DNA from: Nitrospirota bacterium
GTDB lineage: Bacteria; Nitrospirota; Nitrospiria; 2-01-FULL-66-17
NCBI GenBank assembly: GCA_049325295.1
Contig: JBMOMD010000037.1
Location: 4,631-68,630, forward strand
Reading direction: 5' to 3'
DNA: 64,000 nucleotides
In this document: piece after piece, positions 55,789-64,000 of the stretch
How the letters are laid out: every line of letters begins with the position of its first letter
Numbering within the stretch: position 1 is the first letter of the stretch
Made by a program: the position numbers and the translations under genes
The notes under the pieces: generated by a model
Database searches by the model: none
Told to the model about the DNA's origin: nothing
Seen by the model: the letters and a program-made list of their open reading frames with translations, nothing else

Positions 55789-56691
55789 ATGCCCACGATT
55801 GCGTGCGTCAACGGACGGTTTCTGCCGATCACTCGGGCCAAGGTCTCGGTCGAAGACCGCGGCTTTCAATTCGGCGACGGGGTCTACGAAGTCGTCCGCA
55901 GTTACGGGGGGAGGTTGTTCCGCCTGGACGCCCACCTGGAGCGGCTCGCGCAGAGCGCGGCGGCGATCCGTTTGCCGTTGCGGTATTCCCGCGCGCAATG
56001 GCGGCGATTGATCCTGCGGGCGTACGGGTTGAGCAAATTCCCCGAAGCCAAGGTGTACCTCCAGCTCACGCGCGGAGTGGCGCCGCGCGATCACCGGTTT
56101 CCCAAAGGGGTGCAACCCACGGTGGTGATCACCGTGCGCAAGCTGGATTCCTTGCCGGAGGCGGCGCGGCGGGACGGGGTGCGCGTCATCACGACGCCGG
56201 ATCTGCGGTGGGGGCGCTGCGACGTCAAATCGCTCAATCTCTTGGCCAACGTGCTGGCGCGCGAAGAGGCGCGGACCGCCGGAGTGTTCGAGGCGGTCCT
56301 GGTACGGGACGGCCTCGTGACCGAGGGGTCGGTCAGCAACGTCTTCTGCGTGATCAACGGCGCGGTCACCACCTCGCCGACCGATCCGTCCATCTTGCCG
56401 GGCATCACGCGCGCGGCCACGCTCGAACTGATTCGTCGGGAAGGCCTGCCGTTGGTGGAACGCGCGGTGAGCGTGGAGGAGTTGCGAGAGGCGGACGAGG
56501 TGTTTCTGACCGGCACCACGGTCGAGATCGTGCCCGTGGTCGCGGTGGACGGCGCGGCGATCGGGAAGGGGGTTCCGGGGCCGCTGACGCAACGGCTGGC
56601 GCAAGGGTTCGCGGCGATGGTGCGCGCCGAATGCGCGCCGAACGCGGCACCCGTTCGCAAACGTGTGCCGCGTCGAAAACGGACACGGTGA
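55789..56691 (+). CDS. dat: D-amino-acid transaminase (PLP class IV)
   Basis: EDRGFQFGDGVYEV, YLQLTRGVAPRDH, DVKSLNLL, EGSVSN and ILPGITR motifs. Confidence 0.85.
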   Translation: MPTIACVNGRFLPITRAKVSVEDRGFQFGDGVYEVVRSYGGRLFRLDAHLERLAQSAAAIRLPLRYSRAQWRRLILRAYGLSKFPEAKVYLQLTRGVAPRDHRFPKGVQPTVVITVRKLDSLPEAARRDGVRVITTPDLRWGRCDVKSLNLLANVLAREEARTAGVFEAVLVRDGLVTEGSVSNVFCVINGAVTTSPTDPSILPGITRAATLELIRREGLPLVERAVSVEELREADEVFLTGTTVEIVPVVAVDGAAIGKGVPGPLTQRLAQGFAAMVRAECAPNAAPVRKRVPRRKRTR

Positions 56692-56706
56692 CGCGTGGCG
56701 GTTGCC

Positions 56707-56736
56707 TTGCAGCCCATGAACCGGATGTGGTATAGT
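56707..56736 (+). promoter_or_regulatory. Promoter of the rimP-nusA-infB operon
   Basis: TTGCAG-18-TATAGT with an extended-10 TG. Confidence 0.55.
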
Positions 56737-56787
56737 GCCGACGCTTTGGCATCCGACGGGTCCCGCGCGTATGGCGCGGCGGTGCGA

Positions 56788-56819
56788 AGTGGGCGGTGTT
56801 TGGCCCACTTTTTTTGTTT
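56788..56819 (+). promoter_or_regulatory. rimP leader attenuator hairpin
   Basis: agtgggc-ggtgtttg-gcccact followed by a T-run just upstream of rimP, matching the known rimP-leader terminator. Confidence 0.7.
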
Positions 56820-56841
56820 CAACGGATTGTACGGGGGCGCG

Positions 56842-57354
56842 GTGAGGCAGGCGGTGGAAGCGGACGTACACGGCGAGACCGGACGCGCGGAGTGGGGCGC
56901 GCTGGAAACGCGCGTGGCGCGCGTGGCCGAACCCATCGCCGCGCAGTTGGGCGTGTCGCTGGTGACCGTGCGGTACGCGGGCAGCCGGACCGCCGGCACG
57001 TTGCGGTTGACGATCGACAAACCGGGCGGCGTGACGCTGGATGACTGCACGCGCCTGAGCCGCGCACTCGGGCACGCGTTGGACGTGGAGGAGCCGATCG
57101 AGCACCGGTATACATTAGAGGTGTCGTCGCCGGGGCTGGATCGGCCGCTCAACGGATACCGGGATTTTGAAGGCGCGGTGGGCCGGATGGTGCGGGTCAA
57201 AACCCGCGAGCCGTGGGAGGGTCCCCGTGTCCTGGTGGGGCGGCTCAAGGGCGTGGACGCCGGCGCGGTGAGGATCGAGGAGCGGGACGGAGGCCGTGAG
57301 TGGTCCGTGCCGTTCGACGCGATCGCGCACGCCCGGTTGGAAGTCGAATGGTGA
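56842..57354 (+). CDS. rimP: Ribosome maturation factor RimP (start approximate)
   Basis: LTIDKPGGVTLDDC and YTLEVSSPGLDRPL motifs. Confidence 0.92.
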   Translation: MRQAVEADVHGETGRAEWGALETRVARVAEPIAAQLGVSLVTVRYAGSRTAGTLRLTIDKPGGVTLDDCTRLSRALGHALDVEEPIEHRYTLEVSSPGLDRPLNGYRDFEGAVGRMVRVKTREPWEGPRVLVGRLKGVDAGAVRIEERDGGREWSVPFDAIAHARLEVEW

Positions 57355-57390
57355 ATCGTGAATATGGGTTCGTGCGTGAGGGGTTAGGGT

Positions 57391-58590
57391 ATGAATCGTG
57401 AACTGTTGACGGTCATCGGGCAGATCGAGCGGGAAAAAGGGATCAAGGGCGAGAAGATCCTTCAGGCGGTGGAACTCGCGGTGCAGACCGCCGCGCGCAA
57501 GCGCTACGGCGCGGCCGAAAATATCCAGGTACGGATCGATCCCGAGACCGGGGAAATCGAGGTGGTGTCGCTCAAGAAGATCGTGGACACGGTGACCAAT
57601 CCCAAGGCGGAAATCGCGTTGGACGCCGCGTTGGAGATCGATCCGACCGCGGAATTGGGCGACGAGATCGGCGACCTCATGCCGATGGAGGATTTCGGTC
57701 GCATCGCGGCGCAGACCGCCAAGCAGGTGATCTTCCAGCGCGTGCGCGAAGCCGAGCTGGAGACCGTGTACAAGGAGTACTCGGTGCGCCAGGGCGAGAT
57801 CATCAGCGGGATGATCCTCGGTCAGGAGCGTCGCAATTACATCGTGGACCTGGGCAAGACCGAGGCGTTGCTGCCGGTGAGCGAGCAGATTCCGCGCGAG
57901 GGATTTCGGCGCGGGGACCGGCTGCGCGCGTATTTGTTGGAAGTGAAGCCCTCGTCGCGCGGGCCGCAGTTGATCCTCTCGCGCGCGTGTCCGGAGTTCG
58001 TGAAGAAATTGTTCGAGCTCGAGGTGCCGGAAGTCGCGGAAGGGATCGTGCAGATCCGTGGCGTGGTGCGCGAACCCGGCGATCGGACCAAGATCTGCGT
58101 GTCCTCGCGCGACAAGGCGGTGGACCCGGTCGGCGCGTGCGTGGGCGTCAAGGGCGTGCGGGTGCAGGCGGTCGTGCGCGAACTGCGCGGGGAAAAAATC
58201 GACATCATCACCTGGACCGAGGACCCGCGGACCTTTATCGGCGAGGCGCTCAGCCCCGCGGTGGTGGAGAAGGTCGGGATCACCGAGTCCGAGAAGTCGG
58301 CCATCGCGGTGGTGGCGGATCACCAGTTGTCGTTGGCCATCGGCAAGAAGGGCCAAAACGTGCGGCTGGCCGCCAAATTGACCGGGTGGAAAATCGACAT
58401 TATCAGCCAGAGCGAATACGAGAAGGAGCGCGTCAAGGATCGCGACCGCGAGATCAGCGCGGCGATCGCTCATGAACAGGCGTTGCAGGACGAGCAACAG
58501 GCGCGCTTGGCCGCGGCGGCCGGCACCGCCGAGACGACGCCGGTTCCGGCTGAACAGGAACAATCGGCCGACACCAACCCGGCTTCGTGA
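57391..58590 (+). CDS. nusA: Transcription termination/antitermination factor NusA
   Basis: [29 protein letters not shown] and [12 protein letters not shown] motifs. Confidence 0.97.
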   Translation: MNRELLTVIGQIEREKGIKGEKILQAVELAVQTAARKRYGAAENIQVRIDPETGEIEVVSLKKIVDTVTNPKAEIALDAALEIDPTAELGDEIGDLMPMEDFGRIAAQTAKQVIFQRVREAELETVYKEYSVRQGEIISGMILGQERRNYIVDLGKTEALLPVSEQIPREGFRRGDRLRAYLLEVKPSSRGPQLILSRACPEFVKKLFELEVPEVAEGIVQIRGVVREPGDRTKICVSSRDKAVDPVGACVGVKGVRVQAVVRELRGEKIDIITWTEDPRTFIGEALSPAVVEKVGITESEKSAIAVVADHQLSLAIGKKGQNVRLAAKLTGWKIDIISQSEYEKERVKDRDREISAAIAHEQALQDEQQARLAAAAGTAETTPVPAEQEQSADTNPAS

Positions 58591-58631
58591 GCGGTGGCGT
58601 GACGGCGACGACGGAGCAGAAGGAATCGGCC

Positions 58632-61061
58632 ATGAGAGTGTTTGAGCTGGCGAAGCAACTCGGCAAGACGAGCAAGGAACTTCTCGCGGATCTCGCCAAG
58701 CAGGGCACCCCGCTCAAGAATCACATGAGCGTGTTGGAGGAGGACGCGGTGGAGGCCCTGATGAAGAAGTATGGGGCCAAAAAGGAGGCCGCGGCCGAGC
58801 CCGCCGCGCCGCGCCGGGGCCAGGTCCTGATCAAGAAACGCGTGCAGGCCGAAGCCCCCGCCGCGCCGGTGGAAGAGGCGCCGGTCGCGCCGTCTCTGGT
58901 CGAGGTCGCGGCGCCGCCTCCCGCGGCCGCGTCGAAGCCGACGCCCGAGGTGTTTCGCCCGCACGCGCCGGTCGTGGTGCCGCAACCCCCGATGCCGGAG
59001 CCGATTCGTCCCGCGGCCGCGCCGGCGCCGGTTCCCGGCGCTCCTCCGCGCGGGCCGGTCTCGACCGAGACCGCGCTCAAGGAACGCGAGAAGGAAAAAG
59101 AACGCGAGCGGCTCAAAAAGGGGCTGAAGAAGGGCGCGAAACGCGACAAGGAAGAAGAAGTCGCGGCGGTGCCGCTGCAACAAGACGCGTTGGTCTGGCA
59201 GGATTTCAAGCCGTTGCACCGGCGCGACGAGCGGCTGCGCGCGCAGTTGCGGCGCGCGCACCAGGGCGGGCCGACCGCGGAGGCCACCAAGCCGCGCAAG
59301 AAAACGGTCAAGCTCCGTCCGGGTCTGACGGTGAAGGATCTCGCGGATCTGCTGGGCGTGAAGGTCGTGCAAGTGATCGGGCAGTTGATGGCGATGGGCA
59401 CCGCGGCCACCATCAATCAAACCGTTGAACTGGACGCCGCGGTGTTGGTCGCGGAGCACTTCGGGGTGAAGGCCGAAGGCGTGGCCGAGCGCACCGAGGA
59501 AGAGATGATCGAGACCGTGCCGGACGAACCCGGGATGCGCGTACCCAGGCCGCCGGTGGTCACCATCATGGGCCACGTGGACCACGGCAAGACCTCGTTG
59601 CTCGACGCGATCCGCTCCACCAAGGTGACCGAGCAGGAGGCGGGCGGGATCACGCAGCACATCGGCGCGTACACGGTGTCGGTGCACGGCAAGTCGGTCA
59701 CGTTCCTGGACACGCCGGGCCACGAAGCGTTCACCAGCCTGCGCGCGCGCGGCGCCAAGGTGACGGACCTGGTGGTGTTGGTGGTGGCGGCGGACGACGG
59801 CGTGATGCCGCAGACCGTGGAAGCGATCAACCACGCCAAGGCCGGCGACACGCCGATCATCGTGGCGCTCAATAAGATGGACAAGCCCGAAGCCCAGCCC
59901 GATCGCGTGAAGAACCAATTGTCCGAGCACGGACTCATTTCGGAGGCCTGGGGCGGAACCACCATCTTCGTCGAGGTCTCGGCGAAGAAAAAGACCGGGC
60001 TCGACGCGTTGCTGGAAATGATCCTGCTGCAGGCGGACGTGTTGGAGTTGAAGGCCAATCCGAACAAGCCGGCGGTGGGCGCGATCATCGAAGCGCGCCT
60101 GGACAAGGGCCGCGGCCCGGTGGCCACGGTGCTGGTGCAGGACGGCACGCTGCGGGTGGGCGATCTGTTCGTCACCGGTTCGCAATCCGGCAAGGTCCGC
60201 GCGTTGCTCGACGACATGGGCCGCCGCGTGGACAAGGCCGAACCGTCCACGCCGGTGGAACTGATCGGCCTGGACGGCATGCCGTCGGCCGGCGACCTGT
60301 TCCAGGTCGTTAAGGACGACCGTACCGCCAAGGACATCGTCGAGACCCGATTGGGCAAGGCCCGCGCCGCGGGAGTGGGCGGCGCCGCGGGGCCGCGCAA
60401 GATGACGTTGGAGGATCTCTACGGCAAAATGGCGGAGGGCGGAACGAAAGAGCTGCTCATCGTGCTCAAGGCCGACGCGCAGGGATCGCTCGAAGCGTTG
60501 CGTCACTCGCTGGAAAAACTCTCGACCGACCAGGTGCGGCTGCGCGTGTTGCACGACGGCATCGGCGGCGTCACCGAGAACGACGTCTTGTTGGCGGCCG
60601 CGTCCGACGCCGTAATCATCGGCTTCAACGTGCGGCCGGACAACAAGGCGCAGGGCGTGGCCGAACGCGAGAAGGTGGACATCCGGACGTACCGGATCAT
60701 CTACGAGGCGGTGGACAACGTGCGCGCCGCGATGGAAGGCCTGCTCGCGCCCACGCTCAAGGAACAGGTGATGGGCCGCGCCGAGGTGCGGCAAGTGTTC
60801 ATGATCCCGCGCGCGGGCGCGATCGCGGGCTCGTACGTCTCGCAAGGCGTGATCAGCCGGGCGAGCGCGGGCGTGCGCGTGATTCGCGACGGGGTGGTGG
60901 TGTACCAGGGCAAACTGGGTTCGCTCCGTCGGTTCAAGGACGACGTGCGGGAAGTGCAGACCGGGTACGAGTGCGGGATCGGGGTGGAGAACTTCAACGA
61001 CATCAAGGTGGGCGACATCCTCGAGGCCTTCGCGATCGAAAAGGTGGCGGCGAAACTGTAG
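58632..61061 (+). CDS. infB: Translation initiation factor IF-2
   Basis: MRVFELAK N-domain; [16 protein letters not shown] and NKMD motifs. Confidence 0.97.
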   Translation: MRVFELAKQLGKTSKELLADLAKQGTPLKNHMSVLEEDAVEALMKKYGAKKEAAAEPAAPRRGQVLIKKRVQAEAPAAPVEEAPVAPSLVEVAAPPPAAASKPTPEVFRPHAPVVVPQPPMPEPIRPAAAPAPVPGAPPRGPVSTETALKEREKEKERERLKKGLKKGAKRDKEEEVAAVPLQQDALVWQDFKPLHRRDERLRAQLRRAHQGGPTAEATKPRKKTVKLRPGLTVKDLADLLGVKVVQVIGQLMAMGTAATINQTVELDAAVLVAEHFGVKAEGVAERTEEEMIETVPDEPGMRVPRPPVVTIMGHVDHGKTSLLDAIRSTKVTEQEAGGITQHIGAYTVSVHGKSVTFLDTPGHEAFTSLRARGAKVTDLVVLVVAADDGVMPQTVEAINHAKAGDTPIIVALNKMDKPEAQPDRVKNQLSEHGLISEAWGGTTIFVEVSAKKKTGLDALLEMILLQADVLELKANPNKPAVGAIIEARLDKGRGPVATVLVQDGTLRVGDLFVTGSQSGKVRALLDDMGRRVDKAEPSTPVELIGLDGMPSAGDLFQVVKDDRTAKDIVETRLGKARAAGVGGAAGPRKMTLEDLYGKMAEGGTKELLIVLKADAQGSLEALRHSLEKLSTDQVRLRVLHDGIGGVTENDVLLAAASDAVIIGFNVRPDNKAQGVAEREKVDIRTYRIIYEAVDNVRAAMEGLLAPTLKEQVMGRAEVRQVFMIPRAGAIAGSYVSQGVISRASAGVRVIRDGVVVYQGKLGSLRRFKDDVREVQTGYECGIGVENFNDIKVGDILEAFAIEKVAAKL

Positions 61062-61071
61062 TGGCGACAAA

Positions 61072-61139
61072 CGTTGATAGTTGTCCGGTGTTCGTTGTTC
61101 GTTCTAACAACAAACAACCAACAACGAATAACGAATAAC
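61072..61139. repeat. Inverted heptamer tandem repeat hairpin (cgttgtt/aacaacg)
   Basis: cgttgat agttgtc cggtgtt cgttgtt ... aacaaca aacaacc aacaacg aataacg aataact. Confidence 0.8.
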
Positions 61140-61147
61140 TCACGGTC

Positions 61148-61429
61148 ATGATCGTGGGTATTTGCCACATGGAGCTGCACCTGCCCGACCGGCACTCGTT
61201 GAAAGAGAAACGCTACGTGGTCAAAAGTTTGAAGGATCGAATTCGGAAGGACTTCAACGTGTCGATCGCGGAAGTGGGTGATCAGGACCTCTGGCAGCGG
61301 GCGGCGCTGGCCGCGGCGTGCGTGGGTACGGATCGCGCGTACGTGAACGGCGTGTTGGACCAACTCCTGCGCTTGGTCGAGCGGGAGGACGGCGTGGAGA
61401 TCACGCGGTCCGAATTGGAGTTCGTGTAG
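61148..61429 (+). CDS. DUF503 (YlxP-like) protein
   Basis: HSLKEKRYVVKSL and FNVSIAEVGDQDLWQ motifs; located between infB and rbfA. Confidence 0.9.
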   Translation: MIVGICHMELHLPDRHSLKEKRYVVKSLKDRIRKDFNVSIAEVGDQDLWQRAALAAACVGTDRAYVNGVLDQLLRLVEREDGVEITRSELEFV

Positions 61430-61457
61430 GGATGGCGGCGGGGAGCGGGACGCAAGG

Positions 61458-61853
61458 ATGCCTGAGGGGTTTCGGCGAACGGATCGGGTGGGCGATCTCA
61501 TGCGGGGCGAGATCGCGGACGTGTTGTTGCGGCGGGTCAAGGACCCCCGCATCGGATTCGTCACGGTGACCGGGGTCAAGGTCAGCCCGGATCTTCGCCA
61601 CGCCACGGTGTTCGTGAGCCTGTTGGACGAGGGTCCGGCCGTCGCGGAGACGCTGGCGGCGCTGGACCGCGCCTCGGGGTTCGTCCGGGCGGAACTGGGA
61701 CGTCGGATGCGGTTAAAATACACTCCGGAATTATCCTTCAAGCACGACACCACGCCTAGTCGAGCGGCGCATTTGGAAGCCGTGCTGGATGAGTTGAGCG
61801 ACGAACGCAATGAATCGGGAGGCGACTCCAATGGCGACAACGGCCGCGCTTGA
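61458..61853 (+). CDS. rbfA: Ribosome-binding factor A
   Basis: KDPRIGFVTVTGVKVSPDL and LKYTPELSF motifs. Confidence 0.95.
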   Translation: MPEGFRRTDRVGDLMRGEIADVLLRRVKDPRIGFVTVTGVKVSPDLRHATVFVSLLDEGPAVAETLAALDRASGFVRAELGRRMRLKYTPELSFKHDTTPSRAAHLEAVLDELSDERNESGGDSNGDNGRA

Positions 61854-62823
61854 CGCGGGCGCCGTGGTGGAGGCGCTCAAGGGTTATCGGACCTTCAGCG
61901 TGTCCACGCACGTCAGCCCGGAGGGCGACGCCCTGGGCTCGGCGATCGCCTTGGCGCTGGCGCTGCGATCCGCGGGCAAGACCGCCGACGTGATCATCAA
62001 GGACCCCGTGCCGGGCTTTCTGGATTTCTTGCCGTATCAGGGCGTGGTGCAGCGCCACAATACGCTGCCGCAGGGCTACGACGTGTTGGCGGTGGTGGAC
62101 TGCGGGGACCTGGCGCGCACCGGGATGTTCGAAGCCGCGCCTCCGCCGGTCAAACTCGTGGTCAACATCGATCACCACGTCACCAACCGCGGGTTCGGCG
62201 GCTTGAATTGGATCGTGCCGGATGCCACCGCCTCGGGCACCATGGTGTACGAGTTGATTCGCGCGTGGGGGCTCCCGGTTTCGCGTGAGATCGCGTTGTG
62301 CCTCTACACCACGTTGTTGACCGAGACCGGGTCGTTCCATTACTCCAATACCAAGCCCGCGACCCTGCGGATGGCGGCCGACCTGCTCGAGTGCGGCGTG
62401 GACCCCGCGCAGGTCTCGCAGGCGTTGTACGATCGCAACTCCACGGGCCGGCTCAAATTGCTCGGAGAATTGCTGAGCGGCATGGAGCGGCACCCGTCCG
62501 GCAAGATCGCGTGGGTCACCGTGACGCAGGCCATCTTCCGCGCCACCGGCACCACGGCCGAAGACACCGACGAGATGGTCAACTACCCGCGCTCGCTGCG
62601 GGGCGTCGAGGTCGCGGCCTTGTTCCGGGAAGTGACGCCCACGCAGTGCAAAGTGAGTTTGCGGTCGCAGGGGCGGGTGAATGTGGCCAACGTGGCCGAG
62701 CAGTTCGGCGGCGGCGGCCATCGCAACGCGGCGGGCGCCACGGTGCAAGGCGACATCGCCAGTGTGAAGTCCAAGGTTATTGCCGCGGTGGCGGAGGCAA
62801 CAGCGAGAGAGGTGGGACTTTAG
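61831..62823 (+). CDS. nrnA: DHH/DHHA1 oligoribonuclease-PAP phosphatase
   Basis: [28 protein letters not shown] and [10 protein letters not shown] motifs. Confidence 0.9.
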   Translation: MATTAALDAGAVVEALKGYRTFSVSTHVSPEGDALGSAIALALALRSAGKTADVIIKDPVPGFLDFLPYQGVVQRHNTLPQGYDVLAVVDCGDLARTGMFEAAPPPVKLVVNIDHHVTNRGFGGLNWIVPDATASGTMVYELIRAWGLPVSREIALCLYTTLLTETGSFHYSNTKPATLRMAADLLECGVDPAQVSQALYDRNSTGRLKLLGELLSGMERHPSGKIAWVTVTQAIFRATGTTAEDTDEMVNYPRSLRGVEVAALFREVTPTQCKVSLRSQGRVNVANVAEQFGGGGHRNAAGATVQGDIASVKSKVIAAVAEATAREVGL

Positions 62824-62833
62824 GGGCCAAAAG

Positions 62834-62907
62834 CGTTAATCGTTGTTCGTTGTTTGTTGTCCGCAAACATCCAACAACAAACAACGAACAACGAATAACG
62901 AACAGCA
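62834..62907. repeat. Second inverted heptamer repeat hairpin
   Basis: cgttaat cgttgtt cgttgtt tgttgtc ... aacaaca aacaacg aacaacg aataacg aacagca. Confidence 0.8.
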
Positions 62908-63870
62908 ATGGACGGATTTCTGATCATCAACAAGCCTCCCGACTGGACGTCCCACGACGTCGTCGCCAAGCTGCGCGGGCTCTTGCGCGAGACGCGGGTG
63001 GGGCACACCGGCACGCTCGATCCCATGGCGACCGGGGTGTTGCCGATCTGCATCGGCCGGGCGACCAAGGTGGCCAACTACTTGCTGGAGACGGACAAGG
63101 ACTATCGCGTGATCATGCGGTTGGGCGCCACGACCGACACGCAGGACGGCACCGGTCAAGTACTCACGCGCTCGGATGCGCGTCCGTCTCCAGACGACAT
63201 TCTGCGCGTGGTGAACGGCATGGTCGGGACCCAGACGCAGATTCCGCCGATGTATTCCGCGGTCAAGGTGGACGGCGAGCCGTTGTACAAGGCGGCGCGC
63301 GAGGGGCGCGTGGTGGAGCGAAAGCCCCGCACCGTGACGATCGCGCGGTTGGAGGTGCTGGGCATCGCGGAGAATGACGTGACGTTCGACGTGACGTGTT
63401 CCAAGGGCACGTACATTCGTACGTTGTGCGCGGACGCGGGCGAGCGACTGGGCGTGGGCGGGTACATGCAGGCGTTGGAGCGCCGGCGCGTGGGCGCGTT
63501 CGGGATCGACCGCGCGCTCACGTTGACCGAGGTCGAAGCCGCGGTCCACGGCGGGACCATCGGCGAACGGGTGTTGTCGATCGATGACGCGTTGGCCGAC
63601 GTGCCGGCCGCGGACGTGGATACCGCGACCGCGGATCGCGTGTGCCACGGCGTGCCGCTGCCCGCGTCGCGGGTGGCCCGGTGGACGGGCGCGTGCCGGG
63701 CGGGCGGGCTCGTGCGCATCCGCGCCGGCGGAACCACCGTCGCGTTGGGCACGGCGCCGGTCGACCACGCGCAACTCACGTCGCGAGGAACCACGGCGGT
63801 CATCAAAGTGGATCGGGTATTACGTGAAGGGGCATCGAAGGTGGCGGGCGGACGAGACCGCTCGCGGTAA
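62908..63870 (+). CDS. truB: tRNA pseudouridine(55) synthase
   Basis: [25 protein letters not shown] and [10 protein letters not shown] motifs. Confidence 0.96.
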   Translation: MDGFLIINKPPDWTSHDVVAKLRGLLRETRVGHTGTLDPMATGVLPICIGRATKVANYLLETDKDYRVIMRLGATTDTQDGTGQVLTRSDARPSPDDILRVVNGMVGTQTQIPPMYSAVKVDGEPLYKAAREGRVVERKPRTVTIARLEVLGIAENDVTFDVTCSKGTYIRTLCADAGERLGVGGYMQALERRRVGAFGIDRALTLTEVEAAVHGGTIGERVLSIDDALADVPAADVDTATADRVCHGVPLPASRVARWTGACRAGGLVRIRAGGTTVALGTAPVDHAQLTSRGTTAVIKVDRVLREGASKVAGGRDRSR

Positions 63871-63909
63871 CGAATCACACGGTAGAACGGAACGGCAAGG
63901 AGACGTACC

Positions 63910-64000
63910 ATGTTGGAAAAGACGGTCAAGCAGGGCGTGATCAACTCGTTTCAGCGGCACACCAAGGACACCGGGTCGCCGGAAGTCCAGGTCGCGATCC
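63910..64000 (+). CDS. rpsO: 30S ribosomal protein S15 (5' part, truncated by the window)
   Basis: MLEKTVKQGVINSFQRHTKDTGSPEVQVAI. Confidence 0.92.
   Translation, partial: MLEKTVKQGVINSFQRHTKDTGSPEVQVAI

Noticed and set aside
56695-56841. Long N-terminal extension of rimP
   Set aside because: It overlaps the promoter and leader terminator, so it is not coding.

Overview
This is a GC-rich bacterial chromosomal window. Gene content points to Nitrospirota (Nitrospiria); this is inferred from the five-subunit For-type 2-oxoglutarate:ferredoxin oxidoreductase, a cytochrome c/EB_dh respiratory cluster and SmbP. Core blocks are: the end of a cytochrome bd-like/cytochrome c cluster, yebC-ruvCAB, pheA-hisC-aroF-tyrA-aroA-cmk-plsC-rpsA-sppA-ihfB, forDABGE, fabI-serB and rimP-nusA-infB-ylxP-rbfA-nrnA-truB-rpsO. 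Accessory blocks lie at about 9.4-15.4 kb and 47.8-55.0 kb. The strongest candidates for novelty are three. (1) A secreted three-gene module encodes a large Ig-repeat protein, a carboxypeptidase-regulatory-like protein and a tri-zinc phospholipase C/P1-nuclease-fold enzyme. (2) A low-GC Sel1 gene is boxed by two direct-repeated ~100-bp hairpins, like a gene cassette, with no recombinase in the window. (3) A five-copy, co-oriented, rod-like intergenic element has stems that covary while its loop motifs stay fixed, and two copies carry a nested TT-GCTTCGCCA...TT insert. No rRNA, tRNA, CRISPR array, integrase or transposase was recognised. All calls come from reading the sequence; no database searches were run.
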